Shown here: piece after piece, positions 14,406 through 27,440 of the stretch
Numbering within the stretch: position 1 is the stretch's first letter
How the letters are laid out: the number at the start of each line of letters is the position of its first letter
Assembly: GCA_026770705.1 (NCBI GenBank)
Contig: JANJGN010000036.1
Location: 3,472,001 to 3,536,000, forward strand
Reading direction: 5' to 3'
Origin: Isurus oxyrinchus
Lineage: Eukaryota
DNA length: 64,000 nt
The notes under the pieces: model-generated
What the model was told of the DNA's origin: nothing
What the model saw: the letters and a program-made list of their open reading frames with translations, nothing else
The model's database searches: none
Program-made: the position numbers and the translations under genes

Positions 14406-16282
14406 TCGTATCATTCTTCCCCTGAGCTAAAGGAACAGTGGTATGTGTCCTAGTCTTGTAGGGGGGAGCTTGAAAGCGCGAGTGCTTTGTTATTTATTTT
14501 AGAAACACATCCTATGCCTGTGCTGGTTCTCTTGTTCCTCTTATGTCAATTAAGAATCCTTCTGCAGCCCCTTTGGTGCAAAGTAATTATGGTAAAATTA
14601 TGAAAGTTAGCGTTTGGTATTTTGGGGACGAATGTACCTTACTGGGCACTTTGCAATCAGCTGGGTTTGAAACCAATCAGTTACTAAACGCGGAACGAAT
14701 GTATGTCAGTGACCTTTCGGGTACTGGATGAATGCTACTCGATGAGCGTTAGTGTCAGGCAGTAGAATTTTGGATTAACTGAAATCTATTGCATGGGCCA
14801 GGTGGAGGAAAGGTGGATAGCATTAGACTAATCTAGCAAGGAGCTAACAAACCCCTGTTTCCTGCTTTCAGCAGCACAGGAGTTTAGGCGAGGCAGCGAC
14901 TTGCAAGAAAATGAGCCTAGAAGTGTGGGGTCTTGGTGATGGGGAGGCTGTTTGTTTGAAAGTTCAGCTGAGCTGATTATAAAGTGCTATGGGTGTGAAT
15001 GAGCTGTACAAGCCTCAGACACTGTCTGCCTGGTGGTAGGCAGAGTCAGAAATTAGAAGCTGCAGAGGGAAGCGTCAGTGGACAGTGACTGTGATAACTC
15101 CAATGGTTCAATAGCCATGCTCAGCACTGAACAAAGAACTGTCTACACGTGGAACCCACAACACAGCGATAGGCAGGTTCTGGAACAACAGCATTTATTA
15201 ACACAAACACTGTCAAGGATTTTAATGCCCAGAAATTTCATGAGTTTGAAATAACAATAATGTTACATCCATCTGTTCCAAGGTGTGTATTGTGTCGGTT
15301 ATATACAAATGATACACCTTGTCCACCGTTTACATTACACTGAGACATTACTTGCATCATGTGTAGGATATGCACTACAATTCACTCATGGCCTACTTGC
15401 AGGACAGCCTCTGGGTAGAATTGGTCCTTTGTTGGTCTGCGATTGGGACTCGCTACCAAACCAGTGCAGCCTTTACTTTACTCTGTGTGAGCTTCAGTAC
15501 CACATGTGCTGGGGTTAAAATAGAGCGCTTGTGGAACTATCACTTTCTTCCTGTTGTTCAGTGCGTCAGAGCCACATTGTGTGGGATTAACACAGGTCAA
15601 CCATAGGATTGACCTGTCTGCATTCTGCGCCTGCAATGTATGTTACCACATGGTACCACACTGTGGGATAAAGACTGCCCAGGGAAAGGATTGATCCAGA
15701 CTGGTTTTGGTATGGTGACCATTACACCACCGCATGATCCCCTGGTCCTAAGGGGGTCGAATATAGAGGGTGGGCCTTTGATGCAGGTCAGCACCTTCCC
15801 CTCTCTCAGCGATGCTCCTATCCCTGATTCTTTACTCCTGTTTCTGTTTTGAATATATTTTGAACGATCAATTCCTGCATCTGTTGATATAATTTGATGG
15901 GGTTTACCCCACCTTCTCCTTATAAGAAATCCATTTTTCCTAATAGCACCTCTTTAGCAGCGAAAATACCTGAGATCACACTCCATATTAAACCGCATTC
16001 ATTGCCAGGATCTACGCTTTTACTTATCTCTCCTCTTTTACCTGTACACCTTTTTCTCTCCTTTGTACCACTCGGTCCCCCTCTCCTTCAATTCCCCTGT
16101 CATTTTAAGGACTTGCAAACATACAAACAAAGGGCAGGATATCAATTATGCCAAATATTACTAAAAATATTCGCCTCTACCTCTTACTATAATCTTCTGT
16201 TTCATGATCTCATTTAATCGTCCCCGTCTATCAGTCTGTCTATCTCTGTTTCTATCACTCACTTGATCTAACGCTCATACTA

Positions 16283-16315
<33 letters not shown>

Positions 16316-17349
16316 GCCACTCACTTACTCTGGCTATCTCTAAAGTAGCTTATCTTTGCCCCTGTTTCGGTCTCTGCCTTCCTGTTTGCCTTTGTATCTC
16401 TGTATCATTTTACCTTCCCTATTCCTTGACGTTCTATCTTAATATATCGCATTGCATATCCAGTTATTGTTTGTTTTCCTCTCGCGAAAATTCATTGTCC
16501 CTCCATGGATTCTGACATTCCCTCTCTCTCCATGTCGATACCTATTCATCTGAATTTATATTTTTTGTCTCTATTTTCCCTTCTCTGCCTCTCTCTGTAA
16601 CCCCAACTTTCTGCTTCCCCACATTTTCAACGTTGTCTCTCTCCTTACCCTTTGCCCTGACTAGTTTTGCTTTTTGCTCTTCTTTTCTCGATCCATCTCT
16701 CTCTTTTTCCCTCTCTCTCTCTCTCTGTGTAACAGAGAAAAGCAACTCCCATCAGACACGAATCAAGGCAAGGCAGACATAAAGTCCTAAAGTCGGGCTT
16801 GCATGGGAGTCGTATTGAGGGCGCTAGGTGGAAATGCCAACACGAACTCTTCTGGCACCGTGTGCACCTTCTTCTCTATACAAGCCTCTGCAAATGACGA
16901 ACAGTGACCTTGAGGTGAAGTGAGGGACAATGGGGTAGCTGACCACCCTGACATCTTGGGTACCTGTGACGCCACGATTGGCCAGATCTGATCAAATAAT
17001 TGATTGGCATCTGGAAAACAATCAGCCCACAGAAGTGGCCCAAATCAGCCACCATCCAGATCGCTGGCGGGGATGGGCGAGAGGGAGTGGGGGGGGGGGG
17101 GTTGGTGGAGGCTATATGTTGTAAGATGTATGTCAGAACCCAGTGAACTTCATTTCTTAAACCACTGATGAATAATGACAGCATGTGCACCATTTTCAAA
17201 ATGCAAAATAGGACCTCATCAAGGGCCCTGAGCCAGCACCTTACAAACTCGGGATTTCTACCACAGAGGAAGCCAAGTGCAGCAGATGGATTGGAAAATG
17301 CCCACCTGCCAGATCCCCTCCAAGCAACTGAATTGCACAATTATTGCTG

Positions 17350-17535
17350 TTCCTTTTCTGTTGCTGGATCAAAATCCTGGAAGTCCCTTCAGAACAGCAA
17401 TCTGGGATTCCCTACACCACACGGGCAACAGCATTTCCAGAAGGTGGTTAATCGCCACCTACTCAAGGGGCATTTAGGTATAGGCAATGAAGTCTGGCCC
17501 AGCCAGCGATGCCTACATCAGTGAAAGAGTAAAAT
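17350..17535 (+). mobile_element. LINE 3'-end fragment
   Basis: GCTGGATCAAAATCCTGGAAGTCCCT...CCAGCGATGCCTACATC. It is related to 27140-27440. Confidence 0.5.
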
Positions 17536-17752
17536 TTAATGACAACCTGCAAACATAGTGGAAGCATTGACGAAATAAAATGAACTGAGCAGAATCTCAA
17601 CAAAATCATTTCCCTGCACCTGGAAAAAAAATGGAGGATTATCAAAACAAACTGGCTGACAAGATTCTAACGATTTATTTTCCATCTACATTGCATCTCT
17701 GTTATATTGTATAATGTGACATGGAAAGGGCTGGTTTTCCTCTGTACGGAAC

Positions 17753-19813
17753 TCAATAATTTTTATTGATCAACAATTTAACAATCACCAGAATCGGGTA
17801 TTTCAACACGCTCTTGAACTGCTCCCTGAACCTGCTCTGTGTCACCCCATAAATAACTGTATTTGTGCAGGAATTAAATTATGTGACATAAACCTGATAC
17901 GAGCAAAAGTATTTAACAAATCAGTGTAATCAAAGAAAGTTGTTTCTGCAATGTTCTAATATAAGGATTCTGCAACATATGGCAGACATGGAAGAATGAA
18001 GCTGCCTGAAATTGTGAAGAGTAAAATAACGGACTTCCTTCTGCTCTCCATCTCCAGGTCACTGGGGCTTTCTCCCTTGTTCTGACCCCTCAGTGCCTTC
18101 CGGTATCTGCTGGCCACGAATATGTGTCGGACTGTCAGAGAGTTTATCAGTAATATTAGAACCCATGGGAGCAATGGTGTTAAAATTGTATCAAACCAGT
18201 CCGAAGCCACCCACCCAAGTTCAATAAAACAGTTTGGCTTAACAGAACAATACCACGGTGTATTGTCAATTATCTCCTCAGGTTCATATATAAAATACCA
18301 AGTAGCACTTATCAAACTCAGCAGAATGCATGTCATTGTGATAATTACAGACGCAGTTTTCTTTGTGCAATATTTTGTTCTCTGCTTTTGGAAACAGATG
18401 GCGATGAAGCAATCAAGTGAGAGACTAACAGTTAACCAAACTGAGCTGTCTCTCAATGCACGAGTCAGAACAGCAACAGCGCTGCACACAGAGGTAAGGG
18501 AGAGTAAAGACCAAGGGTATAATTGATAACCTATCCGAAAGAATATGACCTCAGTGATAACGATGAGTAGATCCGACACCACCATTGCTAGCATGTAGCT
18601 AGTGATACATTTGGAAGACTGCACTTTCCCCGGGTCAGTGTCGCTATCGCAATCAAGTTAACTGTAAAAGAGAATGAGAGTAAGGAGGGGGAGGAGAGAG
18701 AAATGACACAGAAAGTTAGTGATACATCTCAACAGCGTGTTCTAAAAACCTGATTCTAAAATGTTTGCATTTGTGAGTGGCGATATTTCATTATTTCCAT
18801 CCAAGTTTATAAAAACACATTGAGGTAGATCATTCAGAAGGATTAGAAACAAAACTCTGAGTCTATTGAAGAAAATCTATTGTGGAAAGCTTTCTTGGAA
18901 ATGGACAAAACTGTGGTAGGAATAGACACGTGAGGCAATGCGCATTCAGCCCCTATTGACTGAGGTACAATGACTACGGAATACACATTTACATGTTGGG
19001 CCAAGAGATGCAGGGGGACATGAGGGATATCCTATTTCAGGCAGTGAGTGGTAATGGCCTGGAACTTACATACCAATGGTGATGGAAGGGGAGAGAATTA
19101 ATCATTAAATATTTACATTTACTGAGGCAAATAATCTTACAGGCTCAATGTCAAACATCGGAGTTAGGGTTTTAATTGCATTAATCCAAGATAACGGGTA
19201 TGCCCTCCATGGTCGAGTGATCTTCCTCCGTTTTTTAATAATTCTATGGTTCTATGACTCCGGGAGACATCTGGACCTGTGTCAGCTACGCATATAATGA
19301 AATAACACTTCATCAGGGGGATCATCCAGAAACACAATGAATGCCCAGTTACAATGAATATCATGATTTGGGAGGGATTCTTGCTCTCGGCCTTGTAACA
19401 CTCAGACTGTGTGAATACTATTATCAATCGCTGGTACCATATTTGTGAAGAAATGTTTCAGGCCTGCTTTGTTGCTCAATATGAAACCGTATTATCCCCT
19501 GATGGTCAGTGCATTCAGTGCATTCAGTACCGAGGATAATACGGTTGTCTCATCAGAGTTGGGTTTGCAAAGACAATTTCAAATCTTATGGAGAGATTGA
19601 AAGAGCGAAATAAAAGAGATTTAATTTCTTTCATCATGCGCCCGAGTGAACAAAGAGCTGAGCGGGGAAAAATGAGGCGACAGAAATATGGCCACTTGCA
19701 TCAGCACAATTATATATCATTAACAGGTGAAATAAAAGCTCACCAGGAACTCCAACTGCTGCGAGAAAAGGATAGTAAATGTGCTGTATCGGAAGAATGA
19801 ATGCATGTACCAT
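17753..19813 (-). pseudogene. Two-exon class A GPCR pseudogene, GPR139/GPR142-like family
   Basis: Exon 1 19744-19813 reads MVHAFILPIQHIYYPFLAAVGVP|GT. Exon 2 17753-18661 reads VNLIAIATLTRGKCSL/SKCITSYMLAMVVSDLL...TVRHIFVASR...DLEMESRRKSVILLF...CTNTVIYGVTQSRFREQ. It has frameshifts near 18617 and 17878, a premature TAG at 17956, and DCF in place of DRF. Confidence 0.85.
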
Positions 19814-20389
19814 GATTGAGTCGCACTGAAGCCGGTTGTTTAGAATCCACAGCTCCAGTAGGCACGCCGAGATTCAGCATTTGAAGGAGCCTTGATTTAA
19901 AGGCATCTTAAACCTGCTCTGGTCCGGCTAATTCCCAAATAATTCCTATCAGGTACGCACATGAACTAACAACTTGCTTCAGCAGCTTTGACTCCAAAGC
20001 AAATAATATGTCGTACAAAACACAAACGCCTCCAGCTGCAGGTTTTTATTTTAAGACACCGTTTAGTTCGAATCACGCTAAGAATTAAACCTGCAGATTT
20101 GATCCAACAACAATTATTCAATCACATTGGGCTTTCATTCTGTGAAGCCCCTTCGCTCCTGCCGACACCTTGTCAAATGTTAATGATCACTTCGCAAATT
20201 GTGCCAAGGGATCTGTTCCACTGTTTCCAAGTCAAGATACAACGTATCAGACTCTGACTGGATGTCGATTGAAGGCCTGGTCCATGAGCGCAGTCTAGAA
20301 ATTTCTGTGATTGATACCAGGGGGAGGACAATGAACACACACTTTTGGCATTCCTCTCTCCACCTCATCCCTGCTGCTTCCACATTAGC

Positions 20390-20995
20390 TCAAGTTTCCA
20401 GGAAGGTTAGGACTGTGATACCACTTGGCTGCATTCCTCGTGTTCACTCATTGTCGAACGCTTATCAACCTTCTCCTGCTCTCTTTGTGGCATCAGCAAA
20501 TTTAGCAACCATACCCTCAGGCCATTTATACAAGTCATTTATATAAACTGGAAAATGTTGAGGCCCTGTAACTGATCACTATAGCAAACTATTCATTGCA
20601 AACTGCCAACCAGCAAATAAATACCTATTTACGTTACCTCACTGCTTCCTGTTAGCCTGATTATCTGCTATCCATGCACATATGTCACACCCTACACCAT
20701 GAGCTTTTAACTATTGCAATAACCTGTGATGTGGCAGTTTATAAAATGCGTTCTGCAAGTCCTAATTCAGTATATTCACCAGTTCCTCTTGAGCCACAGC
20801 ACATGCAACTCCTTCAAAGAATTCCATTACATTGGTTAGATATCACTTCCCTTCACAAACCAATGTTGACTGTGTCGAATTGCAGTGATGTTTCCTCAGC
20901 GTCCTGCCATCATATTTTCAATCATAGCTACCCACATTTTCCCAGTGGCAGAAGTTAAGTGGCCTGTAGTTTCATCCTTTCTCTCTCCCTCCCAA
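20390..20995 (-). mobile_element. Decayed CR1 RT-region fragment
   Basis: TTTGTGGCATCAGCAAATTT is antisense KFADAT (an FADD-like motif). TTCCCTTCACAAACCAATGTTGACT is antisense of the SQHGF..G motif region. Confidence 0.55.
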
Positions 20996-22238
20996 TTCCC
21001 GATTTACAGTTATTTCAGGGATGTTACTTTTCGTGAGAAGTGATGCAAAATTTGGACATGGACTCCTTCAGTACCTGAGCAGTCGCGAATGGAATGGAGT
21101 TGAACATTGTTTAATCATCAGTGAACAAGTTAAAAATAAACCATCGCATTTAGTTGGAAGTCCAGCATCACCATAGCCTGTCATTACAAATGCAAGCATT
21201 CAGCACCTTTACCTTTCATCTCTCAATTCCCAAAGACAAGCTCTCTTCACTAACTTACCCCAGTTTAATTACCCATGAACACCACCCCCCTCCCCCCCTC
21301 CCCACCAGCCCCCCACCACCCCCCCCCCCCCGCCCGCACCCCCCACCCCCCCCCACCCCCCACACACACACAACTTTCTTTACAGACTACCACCAAAACA
21401 CATAAAAAAAACCAATATCCATCTTCACGCAGTGAACTTCAGTCATTCACCTCGTTTGCATATCCGCCAATGCACTTGCACAACAAAATGAAATGGACAC
21501 CAGCTTCAGCACCTTTCTGGGGGACGGACATTCAGAATTACACTCCACCTTCCACAAAACTTGTTTGTCTAAAACCCAATGCACTGACAGTAAAATTCTG
21601 GCATGCAGGTTTAATGTTGAACACAAACCAAAAGTCAATGCGAAAAAATGATATGGAACCATCAGACGTTTCCTGCATCACTGCCCGTGTCCCTCTTCTG
21701 CTGTGTTCTAATTTTGTAAATGATAGAACACATCACATCTCAGACAATGAAACACAGCACCAACAGCATCTCAATACAGTACAGATGTTGTCGGCTGAAC
21801 AGAAATTGCAGTTTTATTCAGATGGAATTTAATTATAAAGTAATTAATAATCATTACAATCATTCGGTACATCGTTATAATCGCAAAGTAATTTATTTTA
21901 TTCAGATGCAAACATTAAGAAATCAACATCCTGTCAGTAACTGGAGTTACAGGATCAGCAGAAAATGCACAGAGAAACCAAGGAAAGTCCCTCCTCTTTG
22001 CTCAATATTTCCTTCACACTTGAGATACACGATGACGGTGGAATATCCTTAACAATACTCAGAACAATTTCTACATTTAGCAAAATAATCCAGTCTTTGT
22101 AGATCTGGACAGTGGAGGAGGAACCTTTACTTGTTTGAAAGGAGTCTCCTTTGCTCCATGTTTATTGCCACAAGGCTGTTGGTTCTTTGGAAATTCTTGT
22201 CTCCTCCATAATTCATCAGACAGAAACCGTCCCGAATC

Positions 22239-22319
22239 TCAGCTGTGACCCGCTTTCTTTTTTGATCTTTTATCCAATGCAGCCAAGTCCAAGGAGGCGT
22301 AGAGAGGTCCGCCTCGAGT
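22239..22319 (-). pseudogene. Gene B last exon (TRGGPLYASLDLAALDKRSKKKAGHS*)
   Basis: Acceptor TCTCCCAG, phase 0. The YASL motif sits near the exon start, as TLYARL does in gene A. Confidence 0.65.
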
Positions 22320-22849
22320 CTGGGAGACATATTAAACATTAAAAACTGAAAGTAGTAAAAAGACAAGTCAGATCATCCACTTCCCCAACTGCGTTTCATA
22401 GAGTCATAGAATGAAGCAGCGCAGAAGGATGACATTCGGCCCATTTCGTTCATGTCAGCTCTTCGAAAGAATAATGCAATTAATCCCATTGTATCCTTTT
22501 CTGTCCCCATATCGCTGCCAGTATTTACGCTTTGACTGTATTTTTGTAATTCCTTCTTGATAGTTATTATTGACCCTTCTTCCAATGCCCTCTATATCAG
22601 TTTGAGGATCTTTTTTGCTTCATTTGTCTGAATAAATGTTTTGTAACAATGAAGCAGGATCCGGAAAGCAACCGGAAATCCCCAAAGTTTAATCAGAAAA
22701 CTAGGATGATGAGTCTATCAATTTGATTGTATTGTATTGTTGTTAGTTAGTTAATCCAATCCCCATGTTTCACGATCAGCCATCTACATGATTGAGTAGA
22801 GCCAACAGCATGAATCACATTCAGAGGAATCGCACTCACACACACTCAT

Positions 22850-23228
22850 AAGTAAAAGATTTGCGTTTATATTGGCCTTTCACGAAATAAAGAATCGTCA
22901 GAACATTTTACACTCACCTATTTCGGGTGCGGTCTCTATCCTTAATGCACCCGGGCAGCCAGTCTGCGCACAGTAAGATCTCATAAACTGCAATGTTGTA
23001 ATGACCCAGATTTTTTAAAAGATGTTCATTAAGAGACAAAATATGAAACGGGGCACCAGAAAGATGCGCTCCCCAAGAGCCCAAGCACTGCTCTTCTTGC
23101 AATAGTGGCGATGCCATCTTTTATATTGACCTGAGAGGGCAGACAGGGCTTCAGTTTAACGTTTCGTGTGCAAACGGCATGTCAGACAGCGCAGCACCTG
23201 CTCTGGTAGTTCAGTATAGATTTTCTAC
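22850..23228 (-). mobile_element. Deu-domain SINE fragment (SacSINE/AmnSINE-like)
   Basis: Recognised from memory by CACTGCTCTTCTTGCAATAGTG...ACCTGAGAGGGCAGACAGGGCTTCAGTTTAACGT...GACAGCGCAGCAC. It runs into a gap. Confidence 0.55.
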
Positions 23229-23579
23229 NNNNNNNNNNNNNNNNNNNNNNNNNNNNNNNNNNNNNNNNNNNNNNNNNNNNNNNNNNNNNNNNNNNNNNNN
23301 NNNNNNNNNNNNNNNNNNNNNNNNNNNNNNNNNNNNNNNNNNNNNNNNNNNNNNNNNNNNNNNNNNNNNNNNNNNNNNNNNNNNNNNNNNNNNNNNNNNN
23401 NNNNNNNNNNNNNNNNNNNNNNNNNNNNNNNNNNNNNNNNNNNNNNNNNNNNNNNNNNNNNNNNNNNNNNNNNNNNNNNNNNNNNNNNNNNNNNNNNNNN
23501 NNNNNNNNNNNNNNNNNNNNNNNNNNNNNNNNNNNNNNNNNNNNNNNNNNNNNNNNNNNNNNNNNNNNNNNNNNNNNNN
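23229..23579. other. Assembly gap (N run) in gene B last intron
   Basis: N bases. Confidence 1.
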
Positions 23580-24927
23580 TTCCATCTTTGTCAATTTACA
23601 ACGGAAATACATGTTGATTTATCTATAAAACTCCTTTGGGTTTTGTCTTAACTTAATCGTAATTCCATTGGCTAATGTAGTTAATAAATTGGTTGGGGCA
23701 GGGAGTCAGAAAGGTGGCAAACGAGGGAGGGGGATTCAACTCACTGCAGGCGCAAATGAAAATAGCAGAAAGGTAAAAGTTTTAGCTGCTGGAAATCCGC
23801 AGTTAAGTCTGGTCGAACATTACTCTACCCTTTGTATTAACAGATGGGGAGAGGGTCTTGGGGTTATGTTCTGATTCCACGTAGAGGGATGAGTGGCATT
23901 TGGTACAAATTTAGATGTTCCGGTCTGTGACCTGGACTCTATTAACCACGTGAAATATGCAGCATGGGATTCCCTGCAGCTTATCCCAAAAAACAAGTGT
24001 TTGTATATTATTACAACAGTGTAAAAAAACTCACCGTTATTGCATTCTGACATGCCTGCTTAGCTTCTGTTTGATGGTGGTCGCCTGTGTTATTAATGGT
24101 TCTGATAAGAATTGAAATGTTACCCCAGTCTGGCTAATCCATATGTAATTACAGAAACGCCATGCGACAATGATCCGCAAAACCTCCAATTGCCCCAATA
24201 CATCAATGGGCCCCAGATGTCAATGGAAGCCCAATCCACTGAAGCTTACCCAATACGTGAAAGGTCCCTCAATAATTCAGTGGGGTGATATTCACCATTG
24301 GGTGGGCAGGCACTATCTACTCCCGGTGCTAAGCATCTATTCTCCATCTGGTCTATTACTAACAGTATTCGTACCAGTAATTGCCATTTTTTATAGGGCC
24401 AACAGGCAGCAGAAGGATTGTAAAACATTTTGATAAGAGGGAATGGTCTTAAGCATTTTTCCAATTCCAGCCACTTGTCATTCAATCCGTGCTAACATAT
24501 GAATGCAACTTACCCGTGTGTTGCTCATTCTGTCCATTTCTTTGCTCTCTCCCTCTCAAGCTAAAACTAGCTTCGAACAAAAAGATCAAACATGTGTTAT
24601 GTCTTTTAAATCCCGTCTCAAATGCCAGAAATAGTTGAGAAGGAATTGTCGAGTGGTCTTAGAATAAATCTTAAAAGATCATCGAAAATGTCAGCCTATA
24701 TCATTGGAATCAGAGTTGGATTTCAACTGGGTGAGGCACATTGTCCGATGTAGAGAAGGTGCTCCGGATGAATTTTGCAAATGGTTCCGTTACTCAATTT
24801 TCATTGTGGGATCTCTGGTATCGTTCTTCTAAAAGGAGAATTTGCAATTAGGTTTTTAAAACTACGAGAAGGGAACCAGGTGACACAAACAATTATTAAA
24901 ATATCCCTGATGAATATCAATTCTCAC

Positions 24928-25029
24928 CTGATCTGCCGCTTTTATGAATCCAAATGGAACTAAGGACCAAGAGTAGAACCAGTATCACCAAGACAGTTAT
25001 GAGAACAGGAGGGGCCAGACTGCACCATC
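24928..25029 (-). pseudogene. Gene B stalk/TM exon (GWCSLAPPVLITVLVILVLLLVLSSIWIHKSGRS)
   Basis: 102 nt, phase 1/1, acceptor TCTCTGTAG and donor CAG|GTGAGA. Long uncharged hydrophobic run preceded by a Cys. Confidence 0.8.
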
Positions 25030-25119
25030 CTACAGAGACAAAACACGCAGAACCTGCTGCTCGGTCAAATCATCCTTTTCTGGGATTATCTGATGGGAAA
25101 AGTGACCCAAATGGAAGCC

Positions 25120-25600
25120 CAGAAACAGTCCATTCGGACGATCGTGCCAGTGCAGGCTCTTTGAAAGAGGTATCTAATTAGTCCCATTCTCCCTGCTCTT
25201 CCCCGCCCAAAGCCATGTAAATGTTTCCCCTCCAAGATTGATCCGATTCCCCCTTTTGAAAGTTCCTATTAAATCTGCTTCCACTGCCGTTTCAGGCAGC
25301 GCCTTCCAGATCACAGCAACTCGCTGCGTTTTAACGAATTCTCCTTATCACCCTCTCTGGTTCTTTTCCCGATTCTCTTCAACCTGTCTCCCTCTGGTTA
25401 CCGACCCCCCTGCCTGTGGAAAGGTTCTCCCATTTTACTCCATCGAAACCCCTCATAATTTTAAACGCCTCGATTTAATGTCCCCTCAACCTTTACTGCT
25501 CTAAGGAGAACAACACGAGATTCTAGTTCCTCCACATTAACTGAAGTCCGCCATTGCTGGTCCCATTCAATTAAATGTCCTCTATACCCTCTCTAAGGCA
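25120..25600 (-). mobile_element. Decayed CR1 3' fragment in gene B C1-TM intron
   Basis: CAGGCAGCGCCTTCCAGATCACAGCAACTCGCTG...CCCTCATAATTTTAAACGCCTC, typical of an antisense CR1 tail. Confidence 0.55.
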
Positions 25601-25817
25601 TTCTTGCCTGTTTCCTGCTTCGAAAGTACATCCAGTGCAGAACGGACCTCAAATCCATTCCAACGTTCACTGCCTGTAAAAAAAGCAGTGGAAGTAGATT
25701 CAACAATAATTTTCAGAAGGAAACCCCGTTATGACGAAGAGGAAAATGTGAAAGGGTTTTGAGGAAACTGATTTCAAAATTGAATAAAAGACTTCATTGT
25801 TGAAATCACATTCTCAC

Positions 25818-26137
25818 CTGTCCCTACTACTTTGGGGAACGACACGCTCTTTATCCAATATTTGACTGAAGACCCCAGTTGAACAATACAAATACAAACA
25901 GCGGCGCTTCTCCGGGTTTCCCTCAGCACCATGACGTGACTTCTGATACTGTAGGTCCCATCCGCCTCCATTGTACAGGGATCTCTCGGTCCCTCGGTGA
26001 TCAGGCCGGAAATATTCCAGAAAATGACAACCTAGTTGGAAGAAACTCCACCAAACACACTAAGGGGACGGTTTCCCTCAAATGCCGCTCACCCTGCGGG
26101 GCAAACATCAGCACAGCCGCCTTGTTGGTGGAACTGT
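25818..26137 (-). pseudogene. Gene B C1 exon (frameshift + stop)
   Basis: DSSTNKAAVLMFAP...VPLVCL/GVSSN*VVIFWNISGLITEGPRDPCTMEADGTYSIRSHVMV...AVCICIVQ. It is paralogous to the gene A C1 exon (shared WNISG..TEG and DGTY.I.S). Confidence 0.85.
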
Positions 26138-26227
26138 CAGGACACAGATTGGGGCACAGTTAATGATTAATTTGCACGAAATGATAATGCTGTGCATGAT
26201 CGGAATTCATTTCACTTGCTGTCTCAC

Positions 26228-26560
26228 CTCCAACCAGTAGTGTTGGTGCATTCTGTAGCAGTACATCGCTACCCCTACGAGAACAGTACTAGGAACCCGA
26301 GTCATTCACCTGGACATTGCGAATTTCCAGAATCAACACATTTGTGCTGTTGCCTTTTTTGGAAATAAACATTCAACCGGCCTCCTGACAGGGATGCCTG
26401 TCAATTAGTATCGGGCCTTCACCCACAGGGTGGTTGTACCAGAAACAGTGAGGCACCGATTCCACTTCGTAACCGCACGGAGAAGTTAATTCCACCGTCT
26501 ATGCGACTTTGGCTGTCATCATGATGGGGCTCTGAGACAGAGAGCGTTCGGATTCTGCAG
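26228..26560 (-). pseudogene. Gene B V exon (3 in-frame stops)
   Basis: SLSQSPIMMTAKVA*TVELTSPCGYEVESVPHCFWYNHPVGEGPILI...LILEIRNVQVNDSGS*YCSRRGSDVLLQNAPTLLVG, between a CTAG acceptor and a G|GTGAGA donor. Confidence 0.85.
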
Positions 26561-26909
26561 CTAGAGGGATTATTGTTACATTATCACTATACATTATATT
26601 GAGTGATGGGAAGCAGCCGCTTTGAAACATTTCGCACTTAGTTTAAGTAAAGTCACATCATTGGCTTTACATATTCTTGATCAGATTAATTCTCCAATTA
26701 GATTTTTTCGCTTCATAGTAAACAAACTCACATGATCACGTCAAACCCCTTCACCTGGCCTCTGGGTTACATTTTCAGCTCAGTAAACACTGATTCTGGC
26801 TCATTCAATTTTTAAATTCTTCCCTGCCTCTTACTCGCCAAAAACCCGCAACATTTGGAGAATAAGCATCAGAGATAACGATTCCAACGACATCTTGACG
26901 CGGTGAGTA

Positions 26910-27077
26910 TTTCCTGTTTTCGCTCTCAGGACTTTAGTCATTTCAGGCAAAGATGACGCCATTTAGGGTGGGGCTCCTGGTGAATGCCACATGCATTTTT
27001 CATACCGTGGTCACCGTCTGTGCGTCACAGCGGCCAACTGGCAGCATGTGTATAAATAAGTTCACTGGGTTGTGGTT
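26910..27077 (-). promoter_or_regulatory. Candidate proximal promoter of gene B (ETS, CRE half-sites, RUNX)
   Basis: AAACAGGAAA on the - strand at 26910-26919, TGACG at 26954, TGCGTCA at 27021 and TGTGGTT at 27071-27077. Confidence 0.4.
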
Positions 27078-27139
27078 CAGTGTGTCGAGGGTGCGGGTGT
27101 CAAAGAATACTAATTGGGTGTATGGATGCTGAATATTGT

Positions 27140-27440
27140 AGTTAAAGTTTATTTCATTCTCGCGATATCAGGACCTCTGGCAAGGCCAGAATGCATTAAC
27201 CATCACCAATTGTCACTTGCGAAGGTGGTGGTGAGCTGCCTTCCTGAACCACTGAAGGTATACCACTGAAGTGCTTTCAGGGTGGAAGTTCAGGATTTTG
27301 AATCAGTGACAGTGAAGGAACTATGATGTATTTCAAAGTCAGGGTGATGAGTGGAATGGAGGGGAATTTGCAGTAGTCGGTGTTATCAAGTATCTGCTGA
27401 ACTGGCATGTCAAGGTTGCAGAGTACGCAGGTTTGGAATG
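27140..27440 (-). mobile_element. LINE 3'-end fragment (same family as 17350-17535 on +)
   Basis: GAAGGTGGTGGTGAGCTGCCTTCCTGAACC corresponds, reverse-complemented, to CCAGAAGGTGGTTAATCGCCACCTACTCAAGGG near 17440. Confidence 0.5.

Larger units (their letters stand above)
22239..26893 (-). pseudogene. Gene B: pseudogenised L-V-C1-TM-cyt IgSF gene, head-to-head partner of gene A
   Basis: Leader 26839-26893 (MSLESLSLMLILQMLRVF, GC donor). V 26228-26560 with stops at 26499-26501, 26373-26375 and 26289-26291. C1 25818-26137 with CTG in place of the acceptor, a frameshift near 26050 and a TAG. TM 24928-25029. Candidate cytoplasmic exons 24514-24560 and 24035-24084. Last exon 22239-22319. Confidence 0.85.

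Noticed and set aside
15130-15665. Possible solo LTR (TG...CA ends, AATAAA on the - strand)
   Set aside because: I could not define the boundaries or a TSD by eye.
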